From contig JBDRHE010000059.1 in NCBI GenBank assembly GCA_043817155.1, positions 65,540-129,539 of the forward strand: 64,000 bases of DNA. Direction: 5' to 3'. The DNA comes from Candidatus Omnitrophota bacterium (GTDB taxonomy: Bacteria > Omnitrophota > Gorgyraeia > JABMRN01 > RBG-13-46-9). The position numbers and the translations under genes are program-made. Of this stretch, positions 48,820 to 57,959 are shown piece after piece; within the stretch, counting starts at the first letter, position 1, and each line of letters begins with the position of its first letter. The notes under the pieces were generated by a model, which did not search any database, was not told the origin of the DNA, and saw nothing but the letters and a program-made list of their open reading frames with translations.

Positions 48820-50694
48820 TTACCTAAGCGCTTTTACAACCGTAGAAACCGTCTTCTCGGCAGCGTCAAAATCTCCGTAGCCGATTCCGTAGGCCTTCCA
48901 AAACGCATCGTCATTTATATCCGCATCATATCTGCCGCGAACAATAAAATCTTCTACCTTCCCCATTAATGCTTCCGGCTCCTGGCAGCATACTGTTCTT
49001 TTTGTTAGCATCTCTTTTGCTTCATCGAAGTAGAGAACGTGCTTGGTTACAATAAACACCGGGATCTTCCCGGCCACGGCCTGGAGGCATGTCGTGGAGG
49101 GAGCATCGATAACTATGAAATCCGCGATATCCAGCAAGTCTATGCACTGCGCTTCATCCTGTACAACAAAGATATTTTCCGAATCGGTTTCCACGAGAGG
49201 AGGTCTGCCCCATTCGCGCAGGGGATGAAGCTTCCACACCAGCAATGTATCGTCCCTTTTCTTAAAGAAGTCGATTATTGCGCTTTGCGTTTTAAAAAAT
49301 ATCCTGTCAGACCACGCCGGGCGAAAATAGTAATACAGGGTACGCCCAAGATATAGTGTCGTCACATATACGCATACCTTCTTCTTGCCATCAATATTTT
49401 TTTCTTTCAGCCACTTTTTTAAATTTGCCGGCACTTTTCCTCTTCGGGTTTTAAGACGTTCGAGCTTAGGTGAGCCTGTAGAGACAACTGTCATGTTACT
49501 TAAACCGGCTTCGCCTAATCCCTTATAAAGTTTTACGGCTTTATCGGTGTTTGCCAGGTAATAATCGGCGTACAAGAGTTCGTTGTCTAATACTTTTATC
49601 ATCTCAAAAGACCCGGTCGCCCCGTGAGATTTGCAAAAAGCGGGGATCTCTTGTTGAGCGAAAGCTTCACCGGCGCTTCTCCATTCAGGGGTTCCCAGCG
49701 AACTGAATAGTAATGCCCTGGGATTCTCTCTGGCAATATAGTCTTTGGTGGTATCGAATGCTTCAACACAACGTTTCGCGCCCTCTTTAAAAATAAAGAG
49801 TAGACGCGGTAATATCAAATCGGAAATATTCAAGCCATCAAGATCTAGTATGTCGCTTAATTCGCGCGATATCTCCTTCTCAACTTCGGTATCTCCTACG
49901 GGAATACCATCATTAGCGTACTTTATATCGAGCTTTTTGAGATTTATGCCGCTGGCATTAAAAAAGTCTTCGCATTCCCCCCACTCATATTCTCCGCCCA
50001 ATAGAACGCAAGTAGTTTTTTTCTTGAATACCATTGATAATCTTCTCAGTAAAGCTGATATGCCGTTTTTCTTAATTTCATATATTATCGAAAAATGTTT
50101 TTTGATGTAATTCTTTGCTCTAATTGACGCATCCGAAAGAATCACGCTGGGACGAGGCTCCGGACCGTCTTTCGCCTTGTATCCAAAAGATTCCAAAAAA
50201 TGGATCTCTTCCTGCCAGTTGCAGTCTTCCAGAATTCTCGAGTATATAAATTCGCGCTTATCGAACCCTATGCCGCGCCAGGAAAAGGGAAATATTCCTG
50301 ATCTGTAACAGAATACCCTGCCGGGCTTGTGACTCCTGAAAATTGATTTTAATTGGAATACCCTGCCGAGTATGCTATCAAGTACTACGCACAGCGACAC
50401 GTTAAAATTAGTGTACAATTTAATATTCCTCTTCTTCAGTTCTTCGGATCTTGAAAACGCAAAAGCATCCAGTCTCAGACATATTTTTTTAACTATGTCG
50501 AAAGATCGTAGGCCAACCTGCCACAGCTCTTCCTCCGTATAGAATTCTTCGGGCAGGTGGTATTTGACATCTCTTTTATCGAGCGCGTGCATCGCATGCG
50601 GAGTAAGCGCGATCAGTATACCATGCTCACCTTTCTGCTTGTCCAATACATCTTCAACGTGTTCTTCTGTTTCAACTAAATAGATATCTTTCAT
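48820..50694 (-). CDS. Large hypothetical protein, possibly a TagF/KpsS-like polymer phosphotransferase or capsule biosynthesis protein
   Basis: 624 aa soluble protein. The C-terminal region has a KLHP histidine motif and general resemblance to CDP-glycerol glycerophosphotransferase/capsule-synthesis families. The match is weak. Confidence 0.3.
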   Translation of the reverse strand: MKDIYLVETEEHVEDVLDKQKGEHGILIALTPHAMHALDKRDVKYHLPEEFYTEEELWQVGLRSFDIVKKICLRLDAFAFSRSEELKKRNIKLYTNFNVSLCVVLDSILGRVFQLKSIFRSHKPGRVFCYRSGIFPFSWRGIGFDKREFIYSRILEDCNWQEEIHFLESFGYKAKDGPEPRPSVILSDASIRAKNYIKKHFSIIYEIKKNGISALLRRLSMVFKKKTTCVLLGGEYEWGECEDFFNASGINLKKLDIKYANDGIPVGDTEVEKEISRELSDILDLDGLNISDLILPRLLFIFKEGAKRCVEAFDTTKDYIARENPRALLFSSLGTPEWRSAGEAFAQQEIPAFCKSHGATGSFEMIKVLDNELLYADYYLANTDKAVKLYKGLGEAGLSNMTVVSTGSPKLERLKTRRGKVPANLKKWLKEKNIDGKKKVCVYVTTLYLGRTLYYYFRPAWSDRIFFKTQSAIIDFFKKRDDTLLVWKLHPLREWGRPPLVETDSENIFVVQDEAQCIDLLDIADFIVIDAPSTTCLQAVAGKIPVFIVTKHVLYFDEAKEMLTKRTVCCQEPEALMGKVEDFIVRGRYDADINDDAFWKAYGIGYGDFDAAEKTVSTVVKALR

Positions 50695-50711
50695 AGTGTT
50701 ATAGTCTTTAT

Positions 50712-51713
50712 TTACGAAAACACGGAGTGGTAAACCTTGCTCGCGATCTTGTCAAAATGGAAACGCGAGAGAAACTTTTTCGTGTAATGTTTGATCATCA
50801 TATTTCTCAAATAGCTCGATACCTCCTCTGAATGATTTGCGAGATCCTGTCCGTCACAACTGCCGGCAGATATCTCAAAAATAGAGAACATATGTATTGT
50901 TTGGGCCGGACCATGCGTCAGACGCCGCAAGCCTGCTAAAGAGCAATAGTGGTTAAGTGTCTCCGGATCAAAATAGTATGTATGGGCATTCTGAAGTTGC
51001 CCCATGCAAAAATTCATGATATTTGGAACTGCTATGTATAAGAGACCACCGGTTTTAAGATGCAATATGATCTTTTTGAGCGAATCCACCGGATCAAGAA
51101 AGTGCTCCAGTGCGTGGTTTATTATTATAACGTCATGATCTCCTTTTATGCGCTCAACATCCCCTTGTGACATATCGATTCCGTGTTCTCTTCCTAAGGA
51201 TACGAGACTCGGACTGTGATCTATGCCGGCAACGCCGGCGCCCTTTTCCAGGAACGGTATGAGGTTCCACCCTCCTCCTGCCGCGCATTCCAGAACAGAT
51301 ACTTCCGGACCTATCTTCTTGACCTTACTTATCTCGTCAAATATATGCTGACCTGTTCGATTGGTATATTTCTGCTCATATCTAGATAAGTAATTATCCG
51401 AGTCGTAGCATCTTCTGTAGAAATCGGATGAGTAGAATCGAGCGTACTCTCCTGGGGTCATCCGCGGGTTTGACTGCATAAGTCCGCACTTTCGGCATAA
51501 TACGGTCTTTTGAAGCATCAGATGTCTTTCCACCGATGCCACGAGCTCAAACTCTTCTGAACCACAAAGGCAGGGAACGTATTCAAGTCGCACATCGCCA
51601 CGCAACACTTCTTCATTAAAATTCTTTACGAGATCACCCTGCCCCTTATCAAGGCACATATAGGAAGCCTGGCGCGTTGAATGAAACTCTTTATAGGGTA
51701 ATATCTTCTTCAT
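50712..51713 (-). CDS. Class I SAM-dependent methyltransferase with N-terminal zinc-ribbon
   Basis: CxCG...CxxCG ribbon; motif I VLECAAGGG. Confidence 0.6.
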   Translation of the reverse strand: MKKILPYKEFHSTRQASYMCLDKGQGDLVKNFNEEVLRGDVRLEYVPCLCGSEEFELVASVERHLMLQKTVLCRKCGLMQSNPRMTPGEYARFYSSDFYRRCYDSDNYLSRYEQKYTNRTGQHIFDEISKVKKIGPEVSVLECAAGGGWNLIPFLEKGAGVAGIDHSPSLVSLGREHGIDMSQGDVERIKGDHDVIIINHALEHFLDPVDSLKKIILHLKTGGLLYIAVPNIMNFCMGQLQNAHTYYFDPETLNHYCSLAGLRRLTHGPAQTIHMFSIFEISAGSCDGQDLANHSEEVSSYLRNMMIKHYTKKFLSRFHFDKIASKVYHSVFS

Positions 51714-53098
51714 GTCTGTCTGAAACCGCGGAATGCCGCATTCTTCTTCACGTAGAGTTCCTCACATTGCCTGCGGCTTGCCAAAAGCTTCTTATTATAA
51801 TAATTATCGAGCAACCTCTCGTTGGCGTCCTTAAGACACATGTGAAACTCATCATCGCTTAACTCGGTAAAATTTACCGCCGGCAGGTCTGAATTCATAT
51901 GCTTATTTTCGTAAAAATCTTTTACATCTTTGAGAAGGCCTTTTTCGATAGCGTAATAGTAGAGCGGCGAGCCGGGGTACGGTGTTACGGGACGCAGAGT
52001 TCTTAGCTGCGCCCCGTCATCGTACTTGATCAGAAAGTCCACGGCTTTCTTAAGTGTCCGGTTTGTATCGCCTATGTTGCCGAATAACAGGTTAAGGCCG
52101 GGAGTTATGCCTGCGCTTATGGTGCCTTCTACGCCTTTTATAATAATATCGACCGTCAAAGCCTTCTTCATATTTTTCAATACTTCATTATCCATGGCCT
52201 CAATACCATAATTGATGAACACGCATCCGGATTCCTTCATCAACTTTAATACATCTTTTTTGGCGTAGTTCAATCTGCCGTTACACTTCCACCTTATGTT
52301 CAGCCCGGCCCTGATAAAACTTTCGCATAATGAAACAGTCCTCTCTTCTGAGGACATCAGAAGTTCATCGGTAAAATCGATATAATTTATGTCGTATTGA
52401 GTCTTTAAAAGCTCGATCTCTTCGATAATGCTCTTCTCGCTTCTGGGCCTGAACCCCTCATCCATTCTGTAACAGAAATTACAGTTAAAGGTGCATCCCC
52501 TTCCCGATAAAATAGGCATCATAAAATCACTCTTTCCCATGGTGATGTCTCTAAATAGCCTGTAATAATCTATGGGAAAGAGCCCATATGCAGGAAACGG
52601 TATTGAATCTATATCTTTTATGAGACCTCGTCGTTTATTGATTACTACCTTCTTTCCATCGAGATATGCTATACCATCGATCTTCGTAAGTGGTTTACGA
52701 TTAGCGACGCTTTCGATGAGTTCTATTACAGTCTCTTCCCCTTCTCCGATTATAGCCGCATCGGCGCCACTCTTCTTTAGAAAGTACTCCGGTTCGGGAG
52801 AAGGGCCGTGGCCGCCAATCATATAAAATGGCCTTTGTCTCGATCTGTTTATCGCATCCGATATTTTTAATAACTTTCTATATTGATAGTATCCCCCTAT
52901 AACACCCAACCCGACAAAATCGAATCTATTGTTATCCAGGTATCGCGTGAGATGTTCTTCGGAGTAGTGGAACTTGTCTTGGTTATAAAGCTCCACATCA
53001 TGGCCCTGCTTCAACAGCACAGAAGCTATATAGGCTATGCCTTGCGGAAATATGTGAATGTATGAACCGTTATCGTAAGCTATCAATAGGATTCTCAT
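51710..53098 (-). CDS. B12-binding domain radical SAM protein
   Basis: IGEGEE; GRGCTFNCNFC. Confidence 0.8.
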   Translation of the reverse strand: MRILLIAYDNGSYIHIFPQGIAYIASVLLKQGHDVELYNQDKFHYSEEHLTRYLDNNRFDFVGLGVIGGYYQYRKLLKISDAINRSRQRPFYMIGGHGPSPEPEYFLKKSGADAAIIGEGEETVIELIESVANRKPLTKIDGIAYLDGKKVVINKRRGLIKDIDSIPFPAYGLFPIDYYRLFRDITMGKSDFMMPILSGRGCTFNCNFCYRMDEGFRPRSEKSIIEEIELLKTQYDINYIDFTDELLMSSEERTVSLCESFIRAGLNIRWKCNGRLNYAKKDVLKLMKESGCVFINYGIEAMDNEVLKNMKKALTVDIIIKGVEGTISAGITPGLNLLFGNIGDTNRTLKKAVDFLIKYDDGAQLRTLRPVTPYPGSPLYYYAIEKGLLKDVKDFYENKHMNSDLPAVNFTELSDDEFHMCLKDANERLLDNYYNKKLLASRRQCEELYVKKNAAFRGFRQT

Positions 53099-53240
53099 AC
53101 TTCTGTTCCTTTTATACCTTATACTTCGCTTTTAAAATGCAGAAACGCCACGTAAGGAGCGAGAAGAACTCTCTCTACTCTCTACTTGCTACTCGCTACT
53201 TAAGAAAATCTGTGCCTATCTGTCCTCTGTAGCCTTGGCT

Positions 53241-53403
53241 ATTCAAGTCCCGGGCTTTCTAGGTAAACCATCTTTATCAAGCCCGGGACTTGAATACAAT
53301 CTCCTTGACTGCATCCCAGGACTTCAAATTCCGGTAATAAGCCTGCGTTCAGGTCCCGGGCTTGATAAAAGAGGTTGTCATAGAAAGCCCGGGACCTGAA
53401 CGC
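53241..53403. repeat. Two tandem hairpin repeats with a tcccgggc core (stems 53241-53257/53279-53295 and 53345-53363/53385-53403); REP-like intergenic palindromes
   Basis: Perfect 17-19-bp stems. The second loop is roughly the reverse complement of the first. Confidence 0.6.
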
Positions 53404-53429
53404 ACCCAAAAGGCTGCGCCTATATAACA

Positions 53430-54119
53430 TTAGCGTTTCTTACCGTACCCCAATACCATCAGCTCCACCGACCATCTGAAAAACTTAATTCCGGTTGCCC
53501 TCGTGATCTTTCTGGCCAGGGGTGTCGATATTAAAGACCTTATTACGAAACTTAGCATTCTGAGCGCCGGAAAACGCCAGATAGCGGGCAATTGATAAAA
53601 TAGCTCGGCGCCTTCTTCTTTGAACCCATATATCTTTAAAGCATCCTCAAGGGCTCTTGCGTCATAAGGCTTCTCGTGCGTGATATCCTCAAAGAAGACC
53701 TTCATCTGGCTTCCCCAGTCAGGCGTAAGTATGATGACCATGCCCCCTGGTTTAAGAACCCTGTACGTCTCCTTCATAAGGCGTTCGGGAGACCGCAAAT
53801 GCTCGATAAGCGACTTGTGATAAACATAATCGAAGCTATTGTCGACAAAGGGGAGAGATTCCTTAGTTATGTCAACGCATGTAAAGGTATCGGCCCCGCC
53901 ATCTTTAACACAGTGATCGCTTAAATCCACTCCCTTGCAATCCAGTTTCAATTCCTGAAAAGCCTTCAAGAACTCTCCCCTTCCGCATCCTACCTCAAGA
54001 AGCCTCTGGCCCTCTTTCATATTGAATCTATCAAAGAGATATCCTGTAAGCCTCCTTGGGTAATCGGTCTTTGGAGCTCTCTTTTCACTATAAACGACCG
54101 ATAAGTAATCCCTCTTCAT
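53430..54119 (-). CDS. Class I SAM-dependent methyltransferase
   Basis: Motif I LLEVGCGRGEF. Confidence 0.65.
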   Translation of the reverse strand: MKRDYLSVVYSEKRAPKTDYPRRLTGYLFDRFNMKEGQRLLEVGCGRGEFLKAFQELKLDCKGVDLSDHCVKDGGADTFTCVDITKESLPFVDNSFDYVYHKSLIEHLRSPERLMKETYRVLKPGGMVIILTPDWGSQMKVFFEDITHEKPYDARALEDALKIYGFKEEGAELFYQLPAIWRFPALRMLSFVIRSLISTPLARKITRATGIKFFRWSVELMVLGYGKKR

Positions 54120-54553
54120 TTCTTAGTAATCTCCTCCACCAATTCTACGAGGTTCCCTTCAGGATCCCTGCAGAATGCGACTTTCGCAAAACCACCTGTT
54201 GATAACATGGGCTCTGAATTAAAACACACCCCTTTTACCCTTAATCTATTGTAGACTGAATTAAGATCGGAGACGGTAAACGCGATATGCGATAAGCCCG
54301 GATCATAAGGAGCGCTTTGATCTTCTCTCTTTGTCAGATGCGATCCAAACCATAGAAGTTCTAAAAGCCCCCCTGTGTCCGCTTCCATTTTGATCGTTCT
54401 GACCCTAGTGCCTTTAGTATCTAAAACCGCGTCTATGTACGGCCCTGTCTCTACCTCATCCTTTACTATCCTTAGACCCAGCAGATCGCGGTAGAAATGG
54501 AGCTCCTTATCCAGATCGAATATTACTATGCCTGTATGTCTAAAGGCTTTCAT
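54116..54553 (-). CDS. VOC-family (glyoxalase/bleomycin-resistance/dioxygenase fold) protein
   Basis: HTGIVIFDLDKELHFYRDLLGL N-terminal VOC motif; 145 aa. Confidence 0.6.
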   Translation of the reverse strand: MKAFRHTGIVIFDLDKELHFYRDLLGLRIVKDEVETGPYIDAVLDTKGTRVRTIKMEADTGGLLELLWFGSHLTKREDQSAPYDPGLSHIAFTVSDLNSVYNRLRVKGVCFNSEPMLSTGGFAKVAFCRDPEGNLVELVEEITKK

Positions 54554-55944
54554 CTTCTTGTCTTGTCTGCCTCCAATATCGCTTCTTCAAACACATCAAG
54601 TCCCTCAATAAGCGCGGAGTCCGGAATTGTTAAAGGGGGACCGATCTTAACGGACTCCCTTCCGGTATGCACGAGAAGCAACCCTTTCTGCATAGCTTTT
54701 TCGCAGACCCTATTTGAAAAGTCTACATCCGGCTTACCTGTTACAGGATCTTTAAATATGATCGCCGCAATAAGTCCGTTACTGAAATAGTATGCTATTC
54801 TGTTTGAAAACCTCTCTTTTAGTTCAGCAAGCCTGGCTCTTAATATATTACCCTTCCTTGCGGATTCTCCGACTAAATCACCCTCTTCAATAACTTCCAG
54901 ATTGGCAAGTCCCGCCGTACAGCATAACGGATTTGCAGAATGTGTGCTGCTCATCGACCCGACTCCGGGTAGATCCATTATCCCTCTCGAGCCCAGAACG
55001 GCCGAGAGCGGCAGGGACCCGCTCAGGGCTTTCCCTATGCATAAGATATCGGGCTTTACACCATAATGCTGGTACGCGAATAACTTCCCGCTTCTTCCAA
55101 AGCCTCCTTGTATATCATCGAATATTAACAGGCTCTTGTTTTTTTTAGCAAAATTATTAAGCGCTTTAATGTAGTCTTTTGGATAGAAGTATGCTGCCCA
55201 ACCCACGTAAGATTCTATGAAGAAACCGGCTATATTCTTTGGCTTCAATCCTCTTTTCTGTAGCGCTTTGATGTCGCGGGTAAAACGCTTCCCCCAATCG
55301 GGCTTACCGCTTTCACCATCACTCATGGTCCATGGATATGGAATCTGCAGATGGTATATGTGAGGGTCTCTATGACCTATCCACGCTGACGAAGCCGGAT
55401 CGCCTTTTAACATCTCGGCTCCCATGGTTCGGCCGTGCATGCTTCCCTTAAATGAAATTATGACTCTCTTTGACGGTCTTATGGTCTGACCGTAAAGCCT
55501 GGCAAGCTTTAAAGCGCACTCGGTCGCCTCTGTACCCGAGGATAGCAAGAAGGCTTTTTGAAACTGGCGCGGCGTAATAGCGATCAACTTCCTTAAGAAC
55601 TTTACCCGTGATTCATTAGCAAAGGTGTACGAATGGAGAAGATCCTGATCGAGCGCCTTCTTAAGCGCCGAAACGATTTTAGGATTTGCGTGCCCGGAGT
55701 TTGTAACAAATATAGTTGAAGTGAAGTCGATCCAGCAATTACCGTACCTGTCAAATACCTTATAATCCTTCGCTCTATTCCAGACGACCGGCAGCTGACC
55801 GTGCATGGACCTGGACTCCACCCGTTCCAGTTCTTTAAGAATGGCTATTGAAGCCGGCACCGGGATCTTCGTCTTGATTCTCCTGTTCCTGGTATGCACG
55901 AGCCTCACGCTCTTTGGCGCTTTTGTGAATTTGTAACCGCTCAT
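54550..55944 (-). CDS. Class III PLP-dependent aminotransferase
   Basis: SGTEATECALKLAR; PLP lysine region DILCIGKALSG; D-I-Q..FGR motif. Confidence 0.7.
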   Translation of the reverse strand: MSGYKFTKAPKSVRLVHTRNRRIKTKIPVPASIAILKELERVESRSMHGQLPVVWNRAKDYKVFDRYGNCWIDFTSTIFVTNSGHANPKIVSALKKALDQDLLHSYTFANESRVKFLRKLIAITPRQFQKAFLLSSGTEATECALKLARLYGQTIRPSKRVIISFKGSMHGRTMGAEMLKGDPASSAWIGHRDPHIYHLQIPYPWTMSDGESGKPDWGKRFTRDIKALQKRGLKPKNIAGFFIESYVGWAAYFYPKDYIKALNNFAKKNKSLLIFDDIQGGFGRSGKLFAYQHYGVKPDILCIGKALSGSLPLSAVLGSRGIMDLPGVGSMSSTHSANPLCCTAGLANLEVIEEGDLVGESARKGNILRARLAELKERFSNRIAYYFSNGLIAAIIFKDPVTGKPDVDFSNRVCEKAMQKGLLLVHTGRESVKIGPPLTIPDSALIEGLDVFEEAILEADKTRR

Positions 55945-56702
55945 ACTTTTACTCGTTTTGAATAATTATCTCTTAAATGATCGTAAATAGGATTTCCATA
56001 TTTTTCGAGCTGATACTCAAGATAGCCGAAGTCCTCCGGAAGGTCAACCTCGGTTGTAACGGGAGTAACGAATCCAAGCATAGCTGTCCCGTATAAAGAT
56101 CCGGTCTCTTCTACAAAGGATCTCTTTACTATATCAACATACCCGTTTGCGTGATAGGCTTTTGGGAAGAGTTGTCTTGGAAGATTGTAATACTCGGGCC
56201 TCTTGTCTCCGGGGAAGAAACCCTTAAAGAATCCTTTCTCATCAAGCTGGAATTCCTTTTGTGGAGGCTCTGCAAGTTCGTGCGCCGACCGCAGTGACGT
56301 AGAATCCGCCTTCTCTCCGATAAGCGCGACAGCCCGATCTATCACTTCTGCGTCTCTTAGCGGTGTAGTAGGCCGGAGGTGCACCAAGAGACCGGCAGCT
56401 CCATTCTCATTTTCCTTAAACCAGGAGATGGCATGCTGAAATAATTCAAGATCTGTAGATCTATCTTGCGATATCTCCGCCGGCCGCAAAAATGGTACCT
56501 CTGCTCCAAATGCCTTTGAGATATCTGCGATCTGGTCAGAATCGGTCGATACAATTACCCGCTCTATCTTCTTAGAGAGCGACGCTGCCAATATTGAGTA
56601 AGCGATCAAGGGATACCCGCCAAGGAGTTTAATATTCTTACCCGGCACGCCTTTCGAACCGCCCCTTGCGGGTATCAGGGCTATTATATCGGCTCTCTTC
56701 AT
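55941..56702 (-). CDS. Acylneuraminate cytidylyltransferase (CMP-nonulosonic acid synthetase, NeuA/LegF/PseF family)
   Basis: N-terminal IALIPARGGSKGVPGKNIK motif diagnostic of CMP-NeuAc/CMP-Kdo synthetase family. Confidence 0.75.
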   Translation of the reverse strand: MKRADIIALIPARGGSKGVPGKNIKLLGGYPLIAYSILAASLSKKIERVIVSTDSDQIADISKAFGAEVPFLRPAEISQDRSTDLELFQHAISWFKENENGAAGLLVHLRPTTPLRDAEVIDRAVALIGEKADSTSLRSAHELAEPPQKEFQLDEKGFFKGFFPGDKRPEYYNLPRQLFPKAYHANGYVDIVKRSFVEETGSLYGTAMLGFVTPVTTEVDLPEDFGYLEYQLEKYGNPIYDHLRDNYSKRVKV

Positions 56703-56705
56703 CTT

Positions 56706-57551
56706 CTATCCTTCTTTCATCGCGCCATCATTTACACAAGGGTCCTCGATATCGTAATCATGCGCCGTAGGAACACCCCAGAAATGGCAATACGAACAGA
56801 GCGGTATCTTATTCCTGCTCCCTCTTTTATGCAACTCCATCCACTCGGCCCTTCTCTTACCGTTCCATATCTCATCTAAAGAATCTCTCTTCGCATCCCC
56901 GATCACTCCAAGGCCTTTCGGATCAAAGCGGACGCATATAGAGACCTTGCCGCAGATGTTAACGCAAAGATGGTGGAGAAAATCCCAGCATATTCCGATC
57001 TCCGGTATAGTCGGGTTCTTCTTCCTGTAGTTGAAGCTGCCCATCTTGGCATGTAGTACCCTTCTTATAATAAGAGATCCCAGCTCCTGGTACCTTGCAG
57101 GATCCACATCCCCAATGAGCCGTAGACTGGTAAAAGGCTTTCTCGCGCCTTTAAGCTTAAGAAATCTCTTTATGAGCTTATATTGCTCATCCGCCTCTGT
57201 ATCACCTTCAAATACGGATACAGAGATGGTGTCCAGATTGTCGATGATCTCTTCGGACTTCTCAAGTAAGAGCTTGCCGTTAGTGACTATATTCTTTATC
57301 TGCTTTGAGAATAATTTAACCGCATCACCAAAACGCGGATAGAGGAGCGCCTCTCCATCCCTATGAAACTGGACAACTATATTCTCCGGCAGCTGCGAAG
57401 CCAGCCTTCCGACAAGTTCAAAATCCATGTCACCGTACTTGAGAGCAAGTTCCGGATGATCCCTGTCTACCTTACGCCTGCCGCACATCCAGCAGGCCTT
57501 GTTACACCTGGAGGTAAGCTCAATGTTGATGCATGCAAGTCCGCTTAGCAT
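56706..57551 (-). CDS. Radical SAM protein (non-B12), with C-terminal Cys-rich SPASM/twitch-like region
   Basis: CNKACWMC CxxxCxxC near N-terminus; additional Cys clusters CVNICGKVSIC and CSYCHFWG. Confidence 0.6.
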   Translation of the reverse strand: MLSGLACINIELTSRCNKACWMCGRRKVDRDHPELALKYGDMDFELVGRLASQLPENIVVQFHRDGEALLYPRFGDAVKLFSKQIKNIVTNGKLLLEKSEEIIDNLDTISVSVFEGDTEADEQYKLIKRFLKLKGARKPFTSLRLIGDVDPARYQELGSLIIRRVLHAKMGSFNYRKKNPTIPEIGICWDFLHHLCVNICGKVSICVRFDPKGLGVIGDAKRDSLDEIWNGKRRAEWMELHKRGSRNKIPLCSYCHFWGVPTAHDYDIEDPCVNDGAMKEG

Positions 57552-57610
57552 TGTATTGCCTCTGTCATCTTAACAAAATTCGTTATCCTTCGAATCGTCC
57601 GTATTCCGTC

Positions 57611-57905
57611 ATCTCTCTTCTGTCTTTGCGAGGCACATTGTCATTCGAAGCGTGCCGAAGCCTGCCTGCCGGCAGGCAGGCAGGCAATCTCGCTTTCCTT
57701 CGTCTTTGCGAGGCACCGGAATATTCGAGCGTGCCGAAGCAATCTCTGCTTACCTCGTCTTTGCGAGGCACCGTAAAATTCGAGCGTGCCGAAGCAATCT
57801 CATTCGAGCTAGTTTGAGATTGCTTCGGTGCGCTAACCTATTTACGGCACCTCGCAAAGACGGGTAAAACATTGCTTCGGTGCGCTAGCTCTTTACGGCA
57901 CCTCG
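57611..57905. repeat. BIME/REP-like array: three direct ~46-bp units (gtctttgcgaggcac-N7-ttcgagcgtgccgaagcaatctc) followed by two inverted units; first unit carries an inserted ctgcctgccggcaggcagg palindrome
   Basis: Direct reading of repeats in the 408-bp intergenic region. Related partial unit at 59757-59830; related gc-palindrome at 59526-59547. Confidence 0.75.
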
Positions 57906-57959
57906 CAAAGACGAGTAAATAATCGTCCTACGTCCTACGTCCATCGTAGCGTAAAATTG

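Noticed and set aside
53239-53430. 63-aa ORF on the minus strand
   Set aside because: It coincides exactly with the tandem hairpin repeats. Repeat-derived ORFs are not credible genes.
57611-57905. Possible CRISPR array (regularly spaced repeats)
   Set aside because: Units are only ~46 bp with 7-nt variable centres. The array switches orientation (3 direct + 2 inverted) and the units are imperfect palindromes with an inserted GC-palindrome. No cas genes are present. This is REP/BIME-like, not CRISPR.
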